From Myxococcota bacterium (GTDB taxonomy: Bacteria > Myxococcota > Myxococcia > Myxococcales > Myxococcaceae): a stretch of 38,504 nucleotides of DNA. A program made the position numbers and the translations under genes. Positions 18,410-27,216 of the stretch are shown here, piece by piece. The notes beneath the pieces are model-generated. The model had not been told where the DNA came from. It did not search any database and saw nothing but the letters and a program-made list of their open reading frames with translations. The stretch is taken from the NCBI GenBank assembly GCA_049322255.1, contig JBMORE010000011.1, forward strand, positions 1 through 38,504, written 5' to 3'. Numbering within the stretch: the first letter of the stretch is position 1; every line of letters begins with the position of its first letter.

Positions 18410-19624
18410 ATGTCGCCGCAGCCCCTCGACCCTCCTCGTACCAGGCAGCTCATCCTCCGCTCGGTCGATGCACCCCCCACCGGGAAGGGGAGGGTGGAGG
18501 TGGCGGAACGAAAGGGCATCGGCCACCCCGACACCCTCTGCGACGGTGTCGCCGAAGCGGTTTCCGTCGCCTTGAGCCGCCACTACCTCGAGCGCTTCGG
18601 CCGGGTGTTGCACCACAACGTGGACAAGGTGCTCTTACGTGGCGGTCGCGCGCGCGCACATTTCGGCGGCGGCGAAGTCATTGAGCCCATCGACCTCTAC
18701 CTCGCCGGCCGCGTGACAAAGGAGCATCGCGGCGTGCGTGTGCCGGTGGACGAGCTCGCGGTGGAAGCGTGTCGCTCGTGGCTTGGCGCGCACCTTCGCA
18801 CGCTCGATGTCGAGCGGCACATCGTCGTTCATCCCCTCTTTCGCCCTGGGTCGGCCGAGCTCATCGACGTTTTTGAGCGACCGAGGACGGGGGCTCCCCT
18901 GGCCAACGACACTTCTTGCGGCGTGGGTTTCGCTCCCCTCACGTCCCTCGAAAGAGCCGTGCTGGCCGCCGAGGCCGCGCTGAACGACCCTCAGACCAAG
19001 AAACGGCACCCCGAGCTCGGTGAAGACGTCAAGGTCATGGGCATTCGGCGGGGAGCGTCCGTCGAGCTGACGGTGAGCTGCGCGTTCATCGCCGTGTTCG
19101 TGCAGAGCAGCGGCGACTACCTACGGAAGAAAGAGCTCGCCCGCGAAATGGTGGCCAGCGTCACCGGCGCCCAAGACGTCGTCGTCAACGCCGCGGACGA
19201 CCTCGAGCACGAGCGCGTCTACCTCACCGTCACCGGAACGTCGGCCGAATCAGGAGACGACGGCCAGACCGGCCGGGGCAACCGGGCGAACGGGCTCATC
19301 ACTCCCTACCGGCCGATGACGCTCGAGGCTGCCGCGGGGAAGAATCCCCTCAGCCACGTCGGCAAGCTCTACCAGCTGGCCGCCGGCCGAATCGCCAACG
19401 ACAGCGTGCAGCTGTCGGGAGTACGCGAAGCCTTTTGCGTGCTGGTGAGCCAGATTGGCCGACCCGTCGACCAACCCCAGCTCGTCGACTTGGCCTTACG
19501 TCTTCAACCGGGCGAGAGCATCGAGCAGCACTCGCCGCGCTTGGCGGCTCTCGTCCGCGACCATCTGGCGGAGCTGCCAACGCTCTGGCGAGCGTTGCTC
19601 GAAGGGAACCAGCGCGTCTACTGA
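18410..19624 (+). CDS. mat: Methionine adenosyltransferase (SAM synthetase), archaeal-type
   Basis: ERKGIGHPDTLCD, LHHNVDK, LANDTS.GVGFAP, GEDVKVMG, YLTVTGTSAESGDDGQTGRGNR.NGLITP.RPM, AGKNP.SHVGK are hallmark motifs of the archaeal MAT family rather than MetK. Confidence 0.92.
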   Translation: MSPQPLDPPRTRQLILRSVDAPPTGKGRVEVAERKGIGHPDTLCDGVAEAVSVALSRHYLERFGRVLHHNVDKVLLRGGRARAHFGGGEVIEPIDLYLAGRVTKEHRGVRVPVDELAVEACRSWLGAHLRTLDVERHIVVHPLFRPGSAELIDVFERPRTGAPLANDTSCGVGFAPLTSLERAVLAAEAALNDPQTKKRHPELGEDVKVMGIRRGASVELTVSCAFIAVFVQSSGDYLRKKELAREMVASVTGAQDVVVNAADDLEHERVYLTVTGTSAESGDDGQTGRGNRANGLITPYRPMTLEAAAGKNPLSHVGKLYQLAAGRIANDSVQLSGVREAFCVLVSQIGRPVDQPQLVDLALRLQPGESIEQHSPRLAALVRDHLAELPTLWRALLEGNQRVY

Positions 19625-19691
19625 GCGGCCCGTTCCCATGCCTCCTTGCCCGTAGGAGAAGCAGCCGAGTGGAGGCATCGCCCGCCCTCTT

Positions 19692-19708
19692 CGGCCGATG
19701 ATTTGCTA
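19692..19708 (+). promoter_or_regulatory. Possible sigma54-like promoter for the LpoA-like gene
   Basis: CGGCCGATGATTTGCTA gives GG-N10-GC with TTGC at -12, about 17 bp before ATG 19723. Confidence 0.3.
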
Positions 19709-19722
19709 TGCAGCGGTTCTGC

Positions 19723-21798
19723 ATGCGCGGGCTTTCGCTCATCGTGGCGCTCGTGACGCTGGGGCTGTTCGGCTGCCCCAAGACGACCGGGGTGCGCCCG
19801 GACGGCGAGGGCCCCAAGTACGAGGCGAAGAAAGACCCCAAGGCCGACGAGGCGCTGCAGGCCGCCATCCAGACGGCCCAGACGCAAGACTCCCAAGCGG
19901 CGGTGGAGACCTACCTGGCGGTGCGCAAGGCTTTCCCGGAGACCACCGCTGCCCAAGAGGCGCTCTACCGCGCGGGCGTCGTCGCCTTCGAGGCGGGCGA
20001 TTTCGTCACCGCGCGCAGGGCCTTCAACGAGCTGCTCTTCGACAACCCGCTCTTCGAACAAGCGACGGAGGCGAAGCTCAAGCTGGGCCTGGCGGCGCTC
20101 GAAGTGGGAGCGCACCGCGACGCCTACCAGACGCTCTCCTCCTTGGCCGACAAGCTTTCAGGCCCGCAGCGGCTCACCGCCCTCACCGCCGCCGCCCGCG
20201 CTGCCGAAGGGGCACAGCTGTTCGGTGACGCGCTGCGCATCGCCATTCAGTTGGGCGACGAGGCCACCTCCCCCGAGCAGCGCGCCGAGTCCTTGCGTCA
20301 GGTGGAAGCGCTGGTGGAGGGCAAGGTGGGCTTTCTCGACGTGGCCAAGGTGAAGCTCGACTTGCCCTCCACTCACCCGGCGTGGCCCATCCTCACCTTC
20401 AAGCTGGCACGCATCTACTACCACCTGCGCGACTGGGAGCGCCTGGAGGAGACGCTGCAGAGCTTTTTGCGCGAGACGCCCAGTCACCCCTTCGCGCCTC
20501 AGGCCCGCGAGCTGCTCGAGCGCGCCAGCCGGCGCTCCGAGGTGCGGCCCAAGGTGGTGGGGGTGGTGCTGCCGATGAGCGGCCGCTACAAGCCGCTGGG
20601 CGAGGCGGTGATGCGCGGCATCTCCCTGGGGTTTCGGGGCAGCGACCTCGAGGTGGTGGTGAAAGACTCGCAGGGCGACGTGAACTTGGCCGGCAAGCTG
20701 GTCGAGGAGCTCACCTTCGACCACGGTGCCATCGCCCTCATCGGCCCCTTGCTCACCGATGACGCCCGCCGCGCGGCCCTGGTGGCCGAAGAGCTGCAAG
20801 TCCCCATCCTCACCTTGAGCCGCGCCAAGGACATCACCGACATCGGCCCTTACGTGTTTCGCAACATGCTCACCAACGCTCAGCAGGCCAAGGCGCTGGC
20901 GGACTATGCGGTGGGCACCCTGGGGTACAAGAGCTTCGCGGTGCTCTACCCCAACATCCCCTTCGGGGTGGAGCTGGCCAACGGCTTTTGGGACGAGGTG
21001 GTGGCCCGCGGCGGCGAGGTGCGAGGGGCCGAGAGCTACGACCACGACCAGACCACCTACACCACCGAGGTGAAGAAGCTGGTCGGCCGCTACTACCTCG
21101 ACGACCGCGCTGACTACATGGAGAAGCAGCGGGAAATCATGGCTGGAGCAGGCGATGCGTTTCGCAAGCGCAAGGCGATTGAGAAGCTGCGCGGGCAGCT
21201 CGAGCCCGAGGTGGACTTCGAGGCGCTGCTCATTCCCGACGCGTGGGACAGGGTGGGGCTGGTGGCTCCCGCGCTGGCGGTGGAAGACATCATCACCAAC
21301 GCGTGCGACCCGCGCGACCTGGAGAAAATCAAGAAGACCACCGGAAAAACCCGCCTCAAGACGGTGACTTTGCTCGGCACCAACACCTGGACTTCGCCCA
21401 AGGGCCGCTCCGGGCTGCCCGAGCTGGTGGAGCGCGGGGGGAAGTTCGTCACCTGCTCGGTGTACGTCGACGGGTTCTTCGCCGACTCCGCGCGGCCGGC
21501 CACCAAGAAGTTCGTCTCCCTCTTCTCCGAGGCGTACAAGGACGTCACGCCCACCCTGCTCGACGCCATCGGCTACGACGCGGCGAGGATGATTCGCCAG
21601 GTGGCGGAGACGGCCGCACCTCGCACTCGCAACGACCTGCGCGAGCGACTGGCGGCCCTCAAAGACTTCGAGGGGGCCACGGGTACGACTTCCTTCGACG
21701 ACAGGCGAGAGGCGGTCAAACCGCTGTTCTTCATTTCGGTGGACAGCAAAGGCGTCAAAGAGGTGACGCCGGCTCCCAAACCGGCGAGCGGCTCGTGA
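19723..21798 (+). CDS. LpoA/LppC-like penicillin-binding-protein activator lipoprotein (TPR plus periplasmic binding fold)
   Basis: Lipobox LFGC; TPR helices; VGVVLPMSG, LIGPL, GYDAA, FEGATGTTSFD type-1 PBP motifs. Confidence 0.8.
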   Translation: MRGLSLIVALVTLGLFGCPKTTGVRPDGEGPKYEAKKDPKADEALQAAIQTAQTQDSQAAVETYLAVRKAFPETTAAQEALYRAGVVAFEAGDFVTARRAFNELLFDNPLFEQATEAKLKLGLAALEVGAHRDAYQTLSSLADKLSGPQRLTALTAAARAAEGAQLFGDALRIAIQLGDEATSPEQRAESLRQVEALVEGKVGFLDVAKVKLDLPSTHPAWPILTFKLARIYYHLRDWERLEETLQSFLRETPSHPFAPQARELLERASRRSEVRPKVVGVVLPMSGRYKPLGEAVMRGISLGFRGSDLEVVVKDSQGDVNLAGKLVEELTFDHGAIALIGPLLTDDARRAALVAEELQVPILTLSRAKDITDIGPYVFRNMLTNAQQAKALADYAVGTLGYKSFAVLYPNIPFGVELANGFWDEVVARGGEVRGAESYDHDQTTYTTEVKKLVGRYYLDDRADYMEKQREIMAGAGDAFRKRKAIEKLRGQLEPEVDFEALLIPDAWDRVGLVAPALAVEDIITNACDPRDLEKIKKTTGKTRLKTVTLLGTNTWTSPKGRSGLPELVERGGKFVTCSVYVDGFFADSARPATKKFVSLFSEAYKDVTPTLLDAIGYDAARMIRQVAETAAPRTRNDLRERLAALKDFEGATGTTSFDDRREAVKPLFFISVDSKGVKEVTPAPKPASGS

Positions 21799-21845
21799 CG
21801 AGGGGCTTGCGGAGGCCCAGGCTCGTTCCTACCTGCACCGGTGCC

Positions 21846-23465
21846 ATGCTCAACCGTTTTTCTGCCTACCTGCTCTTCGTCTTCGGCGCGCTGGCGGCGC
21901 TCTCCGGTTGCCGCACCACCCAAGCCCTCTCGCCCGGGCTGGTCGCCCAGCTCAAGGACACTCCCCAGGGCTACCTCTCGGGCGAGGTGACCGGCATTCG
22001 CCAGTACGCGCTGATGAACAACCGGGACTTCGTCTACTCGGTGGACATCAGCCCCGGCGGGGAAAAGGCGGCCTTCACCCACTTGGGCCCCAAGACTTTC
22101 CAGCTGGAGACGTGGCGGCTAGAGGGAGAGCCGCGGCAAATCTCCGACAAAGACTTGAACCACTACCAGTATGACGTGGAGTCGCTCGACTTCTCCCCCG
22201 ACGGCAAGACCATCGTCACCGCCAGCCGCGACGGCTCGGTGCGCTTCTTCGCGGCGGAGGACGGTGCGCCCTTGGGGGTCTACGCCACCGAAGAGCCGCT
22301 GGTCTCGGTGGCCTTCCACCCCAGCGGGCACTACGTGGCGGCGGGCAGCGCCAAGGGGCTCATCACCCTCCTCTCCTTCCCCCAGTTGCAGTTCGCCTTC
22401 GAGCAACGCGCCCACGAGGGCGAGGTGCGCAACTTGGTCTTCAGCGCCGAGGGGGTGCTCTACTCGGGTGGTTGGGACAAGAGCATCGTCTCCTTCGACT
22501 CTTCGGAGGAGAAGGTCTCCACCCAGGAGGCGCGTCTGCGCTTCGAGCGGCGCGGGGGCTTGAGCGTGGTGAAAGGCATGGTGAGCGACACGGTGCCGGT
22601 CGCCTTCGCCTTCGACGCCCGGGTGCCCTTCGTCGTCGTCACCAATGAGGTGGCCAAGAAGGCGGGCATCGACGTGCCTTTCCTCAAAGAGACGGTGCAG
22701 CTGGCCACGCCCATGGGCAGCACCCTGGCCCGGGTCGCCCGCGGCCAATCGCTCACCTTCAAGGCGCTCCGGGTGAAGAACGTCGATTTGGCGATTTGCG
22801 ACGCGTGCGTCCCCGGGGAGGCGCTCGGCGTCCTCGGGGAGGCCTTCACTCGGCGTTACGAGGTGGCGTTCGACGAGGTCGCCGGAGAGGCGTTGCTCGC
22901 GGCGAAGGAGAAGAGCGGCGAGGCCCCCACCCAAGCGGTGCTCACCCTGAAGACGAAGAAGCGCTCGAGCTTCGACTGGTACGTGAACGACTTCGCCCTC
23001 GACCGCACCGGGCGGTACTTGGGGGTGGCCTTCTCCGAACAGAAGGCAGAGCGCACCCGCGAGGTGTACGAGCGCGAGAAGAAGGGTGTGGCCGAGCCGT
23101 CGAGCGAGGGCAACGCCGGGGCCATCGTCGACGCACAGACCGGGCTCATCGTGCGCAAGTGGAGCGTGCACCAAGGGGTGGTGGCCACCGCGGCCATCAG
23201 CCCCGACGGCCAGACGTTGGTCACCGGCGGCTGGGACAAGCGCCTGTTGGTCTACACCCCGCTGGAGACCAAGCCCTTGGAGCAGGAGTTCGGCTGGTCG
23301 GTGCGCCGGGTGCGCTTCTCCGACGACGGGCGTTTTCTGGTGGTGGGGGCGTGGACGCCGCAGAACCCGCTGGGGAACCAGGAGAGCAACCCCTCCGCGG
23401 TGGTGTACGAGGTGGGCTACAAGATGCCCCAGGTGCAAGGCGGAGCGACCGCGCTCGCCCGTTGA
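21846..23465 (+). CDS. WD40 beta-propeller lipoprotein with an inserted retropepsin-like domain
   Basis: Lipobox LSGC; WD repeats (FSPDGKTIVTASRDGSV, LYSGGWDKSI, ISPDGQTLVTGGWDK); insert approx. 22527-22900. The real start is ATG 21846, not 21243. Confidence 0.8.
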   Translation: MLNRFSAYLLFVFGALAALSGCRTTQALSPGLVAQLKDTPQGYLSGEVTGIRQYALMNNRDFVYSVDISPGGEKAAFTHLGPKTFQLETWRLEGEPRQISDKDLNHYQYDVESLDFSPDGKTIVTASRDGSVRFFAAEDGAPLGVYATEEPLVSVAFHPSGHYVAAGSAKGLITLLSFPQLQFAFEQRAHEGEVRNLVFSAEGVLYSGGWDKSIVSFDSSEEKVSTQEARLRFERRGGLSVVKGMVSDTVPVAFAFDARVPFVVVTNEVAKKAGIDVPFLKETVQLATPMGSTLARVARGQSLTFKALRVKNVDLAICDACVPGEALGVLGEAFTRRYEVAFDEVAGEALLAAKEKSGEAPTQAVLTLKTKKRSSFDWYVNDFALDRTGRYLGVAFSEQKAERTREVYEREKKGVAEPSSEGNAGAIVDAQTGLIVRKWSVHQGVVATAAISPDGQTLVTGGWDKRLLVYTPLETKPLEQEFGWSVRRVRFSDDGRFLVVGAWTPQNPLGNQESNPSAVVYEVGYKMPQVQGGATALAR

Positions 23466-23522
23466 AAGGCGTTTCTTGCCCGGCAGCCAAAGAAGGTGGA
23501 AAACTTCTTGGGTGAGGTGCGC

Positions 23523-23909
23523 ATGCACGACTTGATTACCGAAGAGCTCACCATTCGCGCTGAGCTGGGCTCCCGGCTTTTGCGGTTGGTCATGACCGGC
23601 AAGAGCTCGAGCCGCGAGCCCGGCAAGCTCTTGACGCCCTTTTTTGCCGAGGCGCTCCAGCGGGCAGCCGCCGCGCGGGCGGCGATCGAGGTGCACTTCG
23701 AGGGGTTGACGCATTTCAACTCATCGACCATCGCGGCGGTGATTCAATTCATCAACGCCGCTCAGGAGCGTCACGTGGCGCTCGCGTTCCACTACGACCC
23801 GGCCCTCAAGTGGCAGGCCCTGTCGTTCGAGGCGCTGCAGCGCGCCATCAAGCCCTTCCAGAAAGGCACCGTTTCGCACGTACGCTTCGTCGAAACACCA
23901 CACGCATGA
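23523..23909 (+). CDS. SiaC/STAS-like partner-switching protein (paralog 2)
   Basis: GKSSSREPGKLLTP, VHFEGLTHFNSST, WQALSFEAL; GAGG RBS; clear paralog of 27206-27577. Confidence 0.65.
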   Translation: MHDLITEELTIRAELGSRLLRLVMTGKSSSREPGKLLTPFFAEALQRAAAARAAIEVHFEGLTHFNSSTIAAVIQFINAAQERHVALAFHYDPALKWQALSFEALQRAIKPFQKGTVSHVRFVETPHA

Positions 23910-24436
23910 ATCGCTGGCTCTTCAACATCGAGCTGCCGATTCTCGACAGCTGGCGCACCATCGAAGTTTTGAGGACGACCGTCCTCAACTGTCTTTCCAC
24001 CGTCTTCGAGAGCGGTGCCTACTGCGAGACGCTGGGGATGATTGTCGCCGAGCTTTTGGAGAACGCGCTCAAGTATGGCCGGCGAGAAGCGGCTGCCAGC
24101 GAGCGGTCGTTTCGCCTCAAGATCACCGGAACCGACGACTCGGTGGAAATCATCGTCTCCAACCCCATTGACCGAGCGACCACCGACCTACAGCGGTTGT
24201 TCGCGGTCGTGGGCGAGCTGGGGGCGAGCGACTCGGCCGAGCGGGTTTATCTCGAACGGCTCCAGAAGGTGGCCTCTGACCGCGCCGCGGTCGGGGGGCT
24301 GGGGCTGGCCCGCATCGCCTACGAATCGGGCAGCAAAGTGTTCGCCGAGGTCGACACCGACGACGTGCTGCAGGTCAAGGTCGTCACCCAGCCGGGAGCG
24401 AGGTTGCCGGTGACCGGCGCAGCAGCACCAAGGTGA
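23906..24436 (+). CDS. SiaB/anti-sigma-factor-like GHKL Ser/Thr kinase (paralog 2)
   Basis: N box ELLENALKYG, G box GGLGLARIAYE, no HisKA domain; ATGA overlap with the upstream gene. Confidence 0.75.
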   Translation: MNRWLFNIELPILDSWRTIEVLRTTVLNCLSTVFESGAYCETLGMIVAELLENALKYGRREAAASERSFRLKITGTDDSVEIIVSNPIDRATTDLQRLFAVVGELGASDSAERVYLERLQKVASDRAAVGGLGLARIAYESGSKVFAEVDTDDVLQVKVVTQPGARLPVTGAAAPR

Positions 24437-25796
24437 TGTCGTCGTCCTGCCGGGCTTGGAAGGAAACCACCTCTTTCAAAATCGCCGAAATCACCTGCTC
24501 GGGTGCGAGGGCGGCCGATTGGGTGAGCACCTGCGACAGGCGCTGTTCGCCGAACATCTCTCCCGCTGGGCTCTGCGCCTCGGTGACGCCGTCGGTGTAC
24601 AAGAGCGCGAGGTCACCCTCGGCGAGGGAGATTTCCTGGTCCTCGACGTGGCCACGGGTGTCGGAAATCATTCCCAGCCAGCAGCCTTGATTCGACACCA
24701 GCTCTGTTCGACCCGACGCCTTGCGGTAGACGAGGATGTCTTGGTGTTTGCCGGCGATGGTGATGCTTTTCTCGCCCAGGCGAATCACGTTGAGGGTCAT
24801 GTACCGGTGGGTGTTCAGCCGGGAGATGTTTTCGTGGATGGCGCCGTTGATGGCGCAAAACAGCTCGGACGGTCGCAGCCCCGGCCGCTGCGTCACCGTG
24901 GTGAGGATGCTGGTCTGGGTCATCATCATCACCAGACCGGACTCGACACCATGGCCCGAGACGTCGCCAATCGCCACCCACCGCTCGCCGGTCACGGTTT
25001 CGACGAAGTCGTAATAGTCACCGCCTACCTCGGCGGCGGGCTGCATCAGCGCACAAACCTCGAAGTTGCCCAGCCGCCGGTTCTTCGGCAAGAGCGCGGT
25101 CTGAATTCTCTTGGCGACCTCCATCTCGCCCCACAGCGCGTCGCGGGCGGCCTTGAGCTCTGCACGTGAGCGATCGAGGTGGCGGTTGGTGTCGAGGAGC
25201 TCGGCGCGCAGCCAGAACTCCTGCTCGATGAGGCGGTGCTTGGTGTGGTTGATCGCCACTGCGATGACCACGGTGGAGCCGAGGAAGTAGAGGTTGTTGA
25301 TCACCGTCTGCACATGAGGCGGCCCGCCGAAAAGAGCGTTGTAGACGACGTACATCCCCAAGACGAGCCCGCCGTTGGCTGCCGAGTGCACCGCGCGCCA
25401 CGGCAGCAAGAGGTTCACCGCGACGATGACCAGAATGAGCCCGGCGTAGTAGCTCGAGTCGAAGCCGCCGAGGTCGACCGTCATCTTGACGATCATTCCG
25501 CCCACCAGCGCGGTGAACAGGTACCCGTGCAGGTACGAACCGGGCGATGGCTGCGTTTTGCGGATCACCAAGTATTGCGCCAGCACCGCCACCGTCACCA
25601 CGAGCCGGTACCAGAAGAACTTGCTGAGCAGCTCCGCCGGCATGGTGAAGTAGTCGAGGACGAAGAAGAGCGGGATGAGGCAAAACCCCAAGGTGGTGAC
25701 GATGCGAGACCACGAGTGAATGAGGCCGTCGCGATAGAGGGCGAAGGCATCCCGCCCGGGCGAGGAGGAGGCGGCGGGAGAGAGGGGCGAGGTCAT
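24384..25796 (-). CDS. Membrane-bound PP2C/SpoIIE (RsbU/SiaA-like) phosphatase with a multi-TM sensor domain
   Basis: About six TM helices, coiled coil, then AKRIQTALLP, VGGDYYD, IGDVSGHG, LYTDGVTEA, DDITLV. Confidence 0.92.
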   Translation of the reverse strand: MTSPLSPAASSSPGRDAFALYRDGLIHSWSRIVTTLGFCLIPLFFVLDYFTMPAELLSKFFWYRLVVTVAVLAQYLVIRKTQPSPGSYLHGYLFTALVGGMIVKMTVDLGGFDSSYYAGLILVIVAVNLLLPWRAVHSAANGGLVLGMYVVYNALFGGPPHVQTVINNLYFLGSTVVIAVAINHTKHRLIEQEFWLRAELLDTNRHLDRSRAELKAARDALWGEMEVAKRIQTALLPKNRRLGNFEVCALMQPAAEVGGDYYDFVETVTGERWVAIGDVSGHGVESGLVMMMTQTSILTTVTQRPGLRPSELFCAINGAIHENISRLNTHRYMTLNVIRLGEKSITIAGKHQDILVYRKASGRTELVSNQGCWLGMISDTRGHVEDQEISLAEGDLALLYTDGVTEAQSPAGEMFGEQRLSQVLTQSAALAPEQVISAILKEVVSFQARQDDDITLVLLRRSPATSLPAG

Positions 25797-25815
25797 GGTC
25801 GTCGCGCAACGAGTT

Positions 25816-27216
25816 CTAACCGACCTTGTCCACTTGTAGAAACATCTGTGCGCCCGACTCGTCGAAAGAAACCGACGCCCGCTGGGCAGGCAACCCCGAG
25901 GTCAGCTCGAGGAGCTCGGCGTCGGTACGGTAGTAGAGCACCCAGTCCATCCAGTATTCCATGTAAGTGCGGGTGCGGTTGTTGGTGTGGTAGTTGCCGA
26001 TCACCAACGAGCCTCCCGGAACGAGCAGCTCGAACAGCTTGGTCAGAATCGCCCGCGCCACCGGTGGGGTGAGGTAGTCGAAAAGGCCCATCGAGTAGAT
26101 GAAGTGAAAGCGCCCGAACCGCTCGTCGAGCCGGGTGGTCTTGAGCATCGTCCGCACCGAGTCGTTGAAGTATTGGATTCGGATGGGCACGTCGCGGGCG
26201 GCTTCAATCTTTTCGACTCCGGCGCGGGCACAGGCGAGCGCCTCCGGGTCTTGGTCGAGCAGGGCGCAGTGGAAGCGCTCGAAGTCGGCGGGGTCGAGAT
26301 AGATGTCCTGCAGCTCCCACGCGGGTCCCGAGGCCACCGAAAAGATGCGCATCACTCCCGAAGGGAAGCGGGAGGCGACCGAGCGCAGCACTCGAGGTAT
26401 CAGCCTGCGCCGGTTGCGTACCGCCTGCGCCGCCTGAGTCTCGAGGGGGTGCTTGTGCAAAAGCTTGTTGAAGATGTAGCGGCCCTCGAACCGGTTCTCG
26501 TAAATCATCCGCATCATCTCGGCATCGCCGGCGTAGCCGCGGGGCTTGAGGTTGGTACGCTTGAGGAACTCCGAGCCGAGAATGAAGTGCCAGGCCTTGC
26601 GCCGCAGATAGAAGCCGTGCCGCTCATGCTCGGCCTTGTCGAACCCCTTCACCAGTTCGCCGAGCTGCTCCAGCTGGGCATCGAAGAATTGGAAGAGGTT
26701 TCGGCCCTCGGTGGTCAGCAGCGCCGCCTGCGCCGGCTCGGCCACGCACGCAGGCTCGTTGGCGAGGATGCGGTCCTGCTCGTCGAAGAACTTCTTGTAG
26801 ACGGCGAGGTCGTACAGGGAGCGCGAGACGAAGTCCTTGAGCTCGGGCCGAATGCCGTCTTTTTGGGCCAGCACCAGGGGAAGGTTCTGGAAGAAGCCCT
26901 TTAGATTCACCAGCTTGCCGTCCGCCAGCAGGGCGTGGCAGTCGAAGACGTCCTCGAGGAACAGCAGCCTGCCGGCGAACCCCTGTCGGGTGTACTCGAC
27001 GTGAAGCCGGCACGAGGAAAGCTCGACCGTCTGACGCGCGGCGGCGACCTTCAGGCGGGGAAAGATGGTGCGGTCGGGCGGCGGTGGGTTCTTGGCGAAG
27101 GAGACGTACAGCGACAGCCGCGAGGCGTAGCGAAGCGTGACGGGCAAAAGCTCGCCCTCGTGCTCAATCCACCCGTCGAGCGCGATGCCATCGAGGGTTT
27201 GAGGCTCAGCGGCCAA
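25816..27216 (-). CDS. Class I SAM-dependent methyltransferase, PhcB-like, with a degenerate PilZ-like N-terminal domain (TTG start, uncertain)
   Basis: KPRGYAGDAEMM, AQAVRNR, motif I FSVASGPAWE, LLDQDPEAL, FIYSMGLFDYL, LVPGGSLVIGNY, MEYWMDWVLYYR. Confidence 0.85.
   Translation of the reverse strand: MAAEPQTLDGIALDGWIEHEGELLPVTLRYASRLSLYVSFAKNPPPPDRTIFPRLKVAAARQTVELSSCRLHVEYTRQGFAGRLLFLEDVFDCHALLADGKLVNLKGFFQNLPLVLAQKDGIRPELKDFVSRSLYDLAVYKKFFDEQDRILANEPACVAEPAQAALLTTEGRNLFQFFDAQLEQLGELVKGFDKAEHERHGFYLRRKAWHFILGSEFLKRTNLKPRGYAGDAEMMRMIYENRFEGRYIFNKLLHKHPLETQAAQAVRNRRRLIPRVLRSVASRFPSGVMRIFSVASGPAWELQDIYLDPADFERFHCALLDQDPEALACARAGVEKIEAARDVPIRIQYFNDSVRTMLKTTRLDERFGRFHFIYSMGLFDYLTPPVARAILTKLFELLVPGGSLVIGNYHTNNRTRTYMEYWMDWVLYYRTDAELLELTSGLPAQRASVSFDESGAQMFLQVDKVG

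Noticed and set aside
21243..21845. N-terminal 200-aa extension of the WD40 ORF
   Set aside because: It overlaps the LpoA-like CDS in another frame; the lipoprotein signal begins at ATG 21846.
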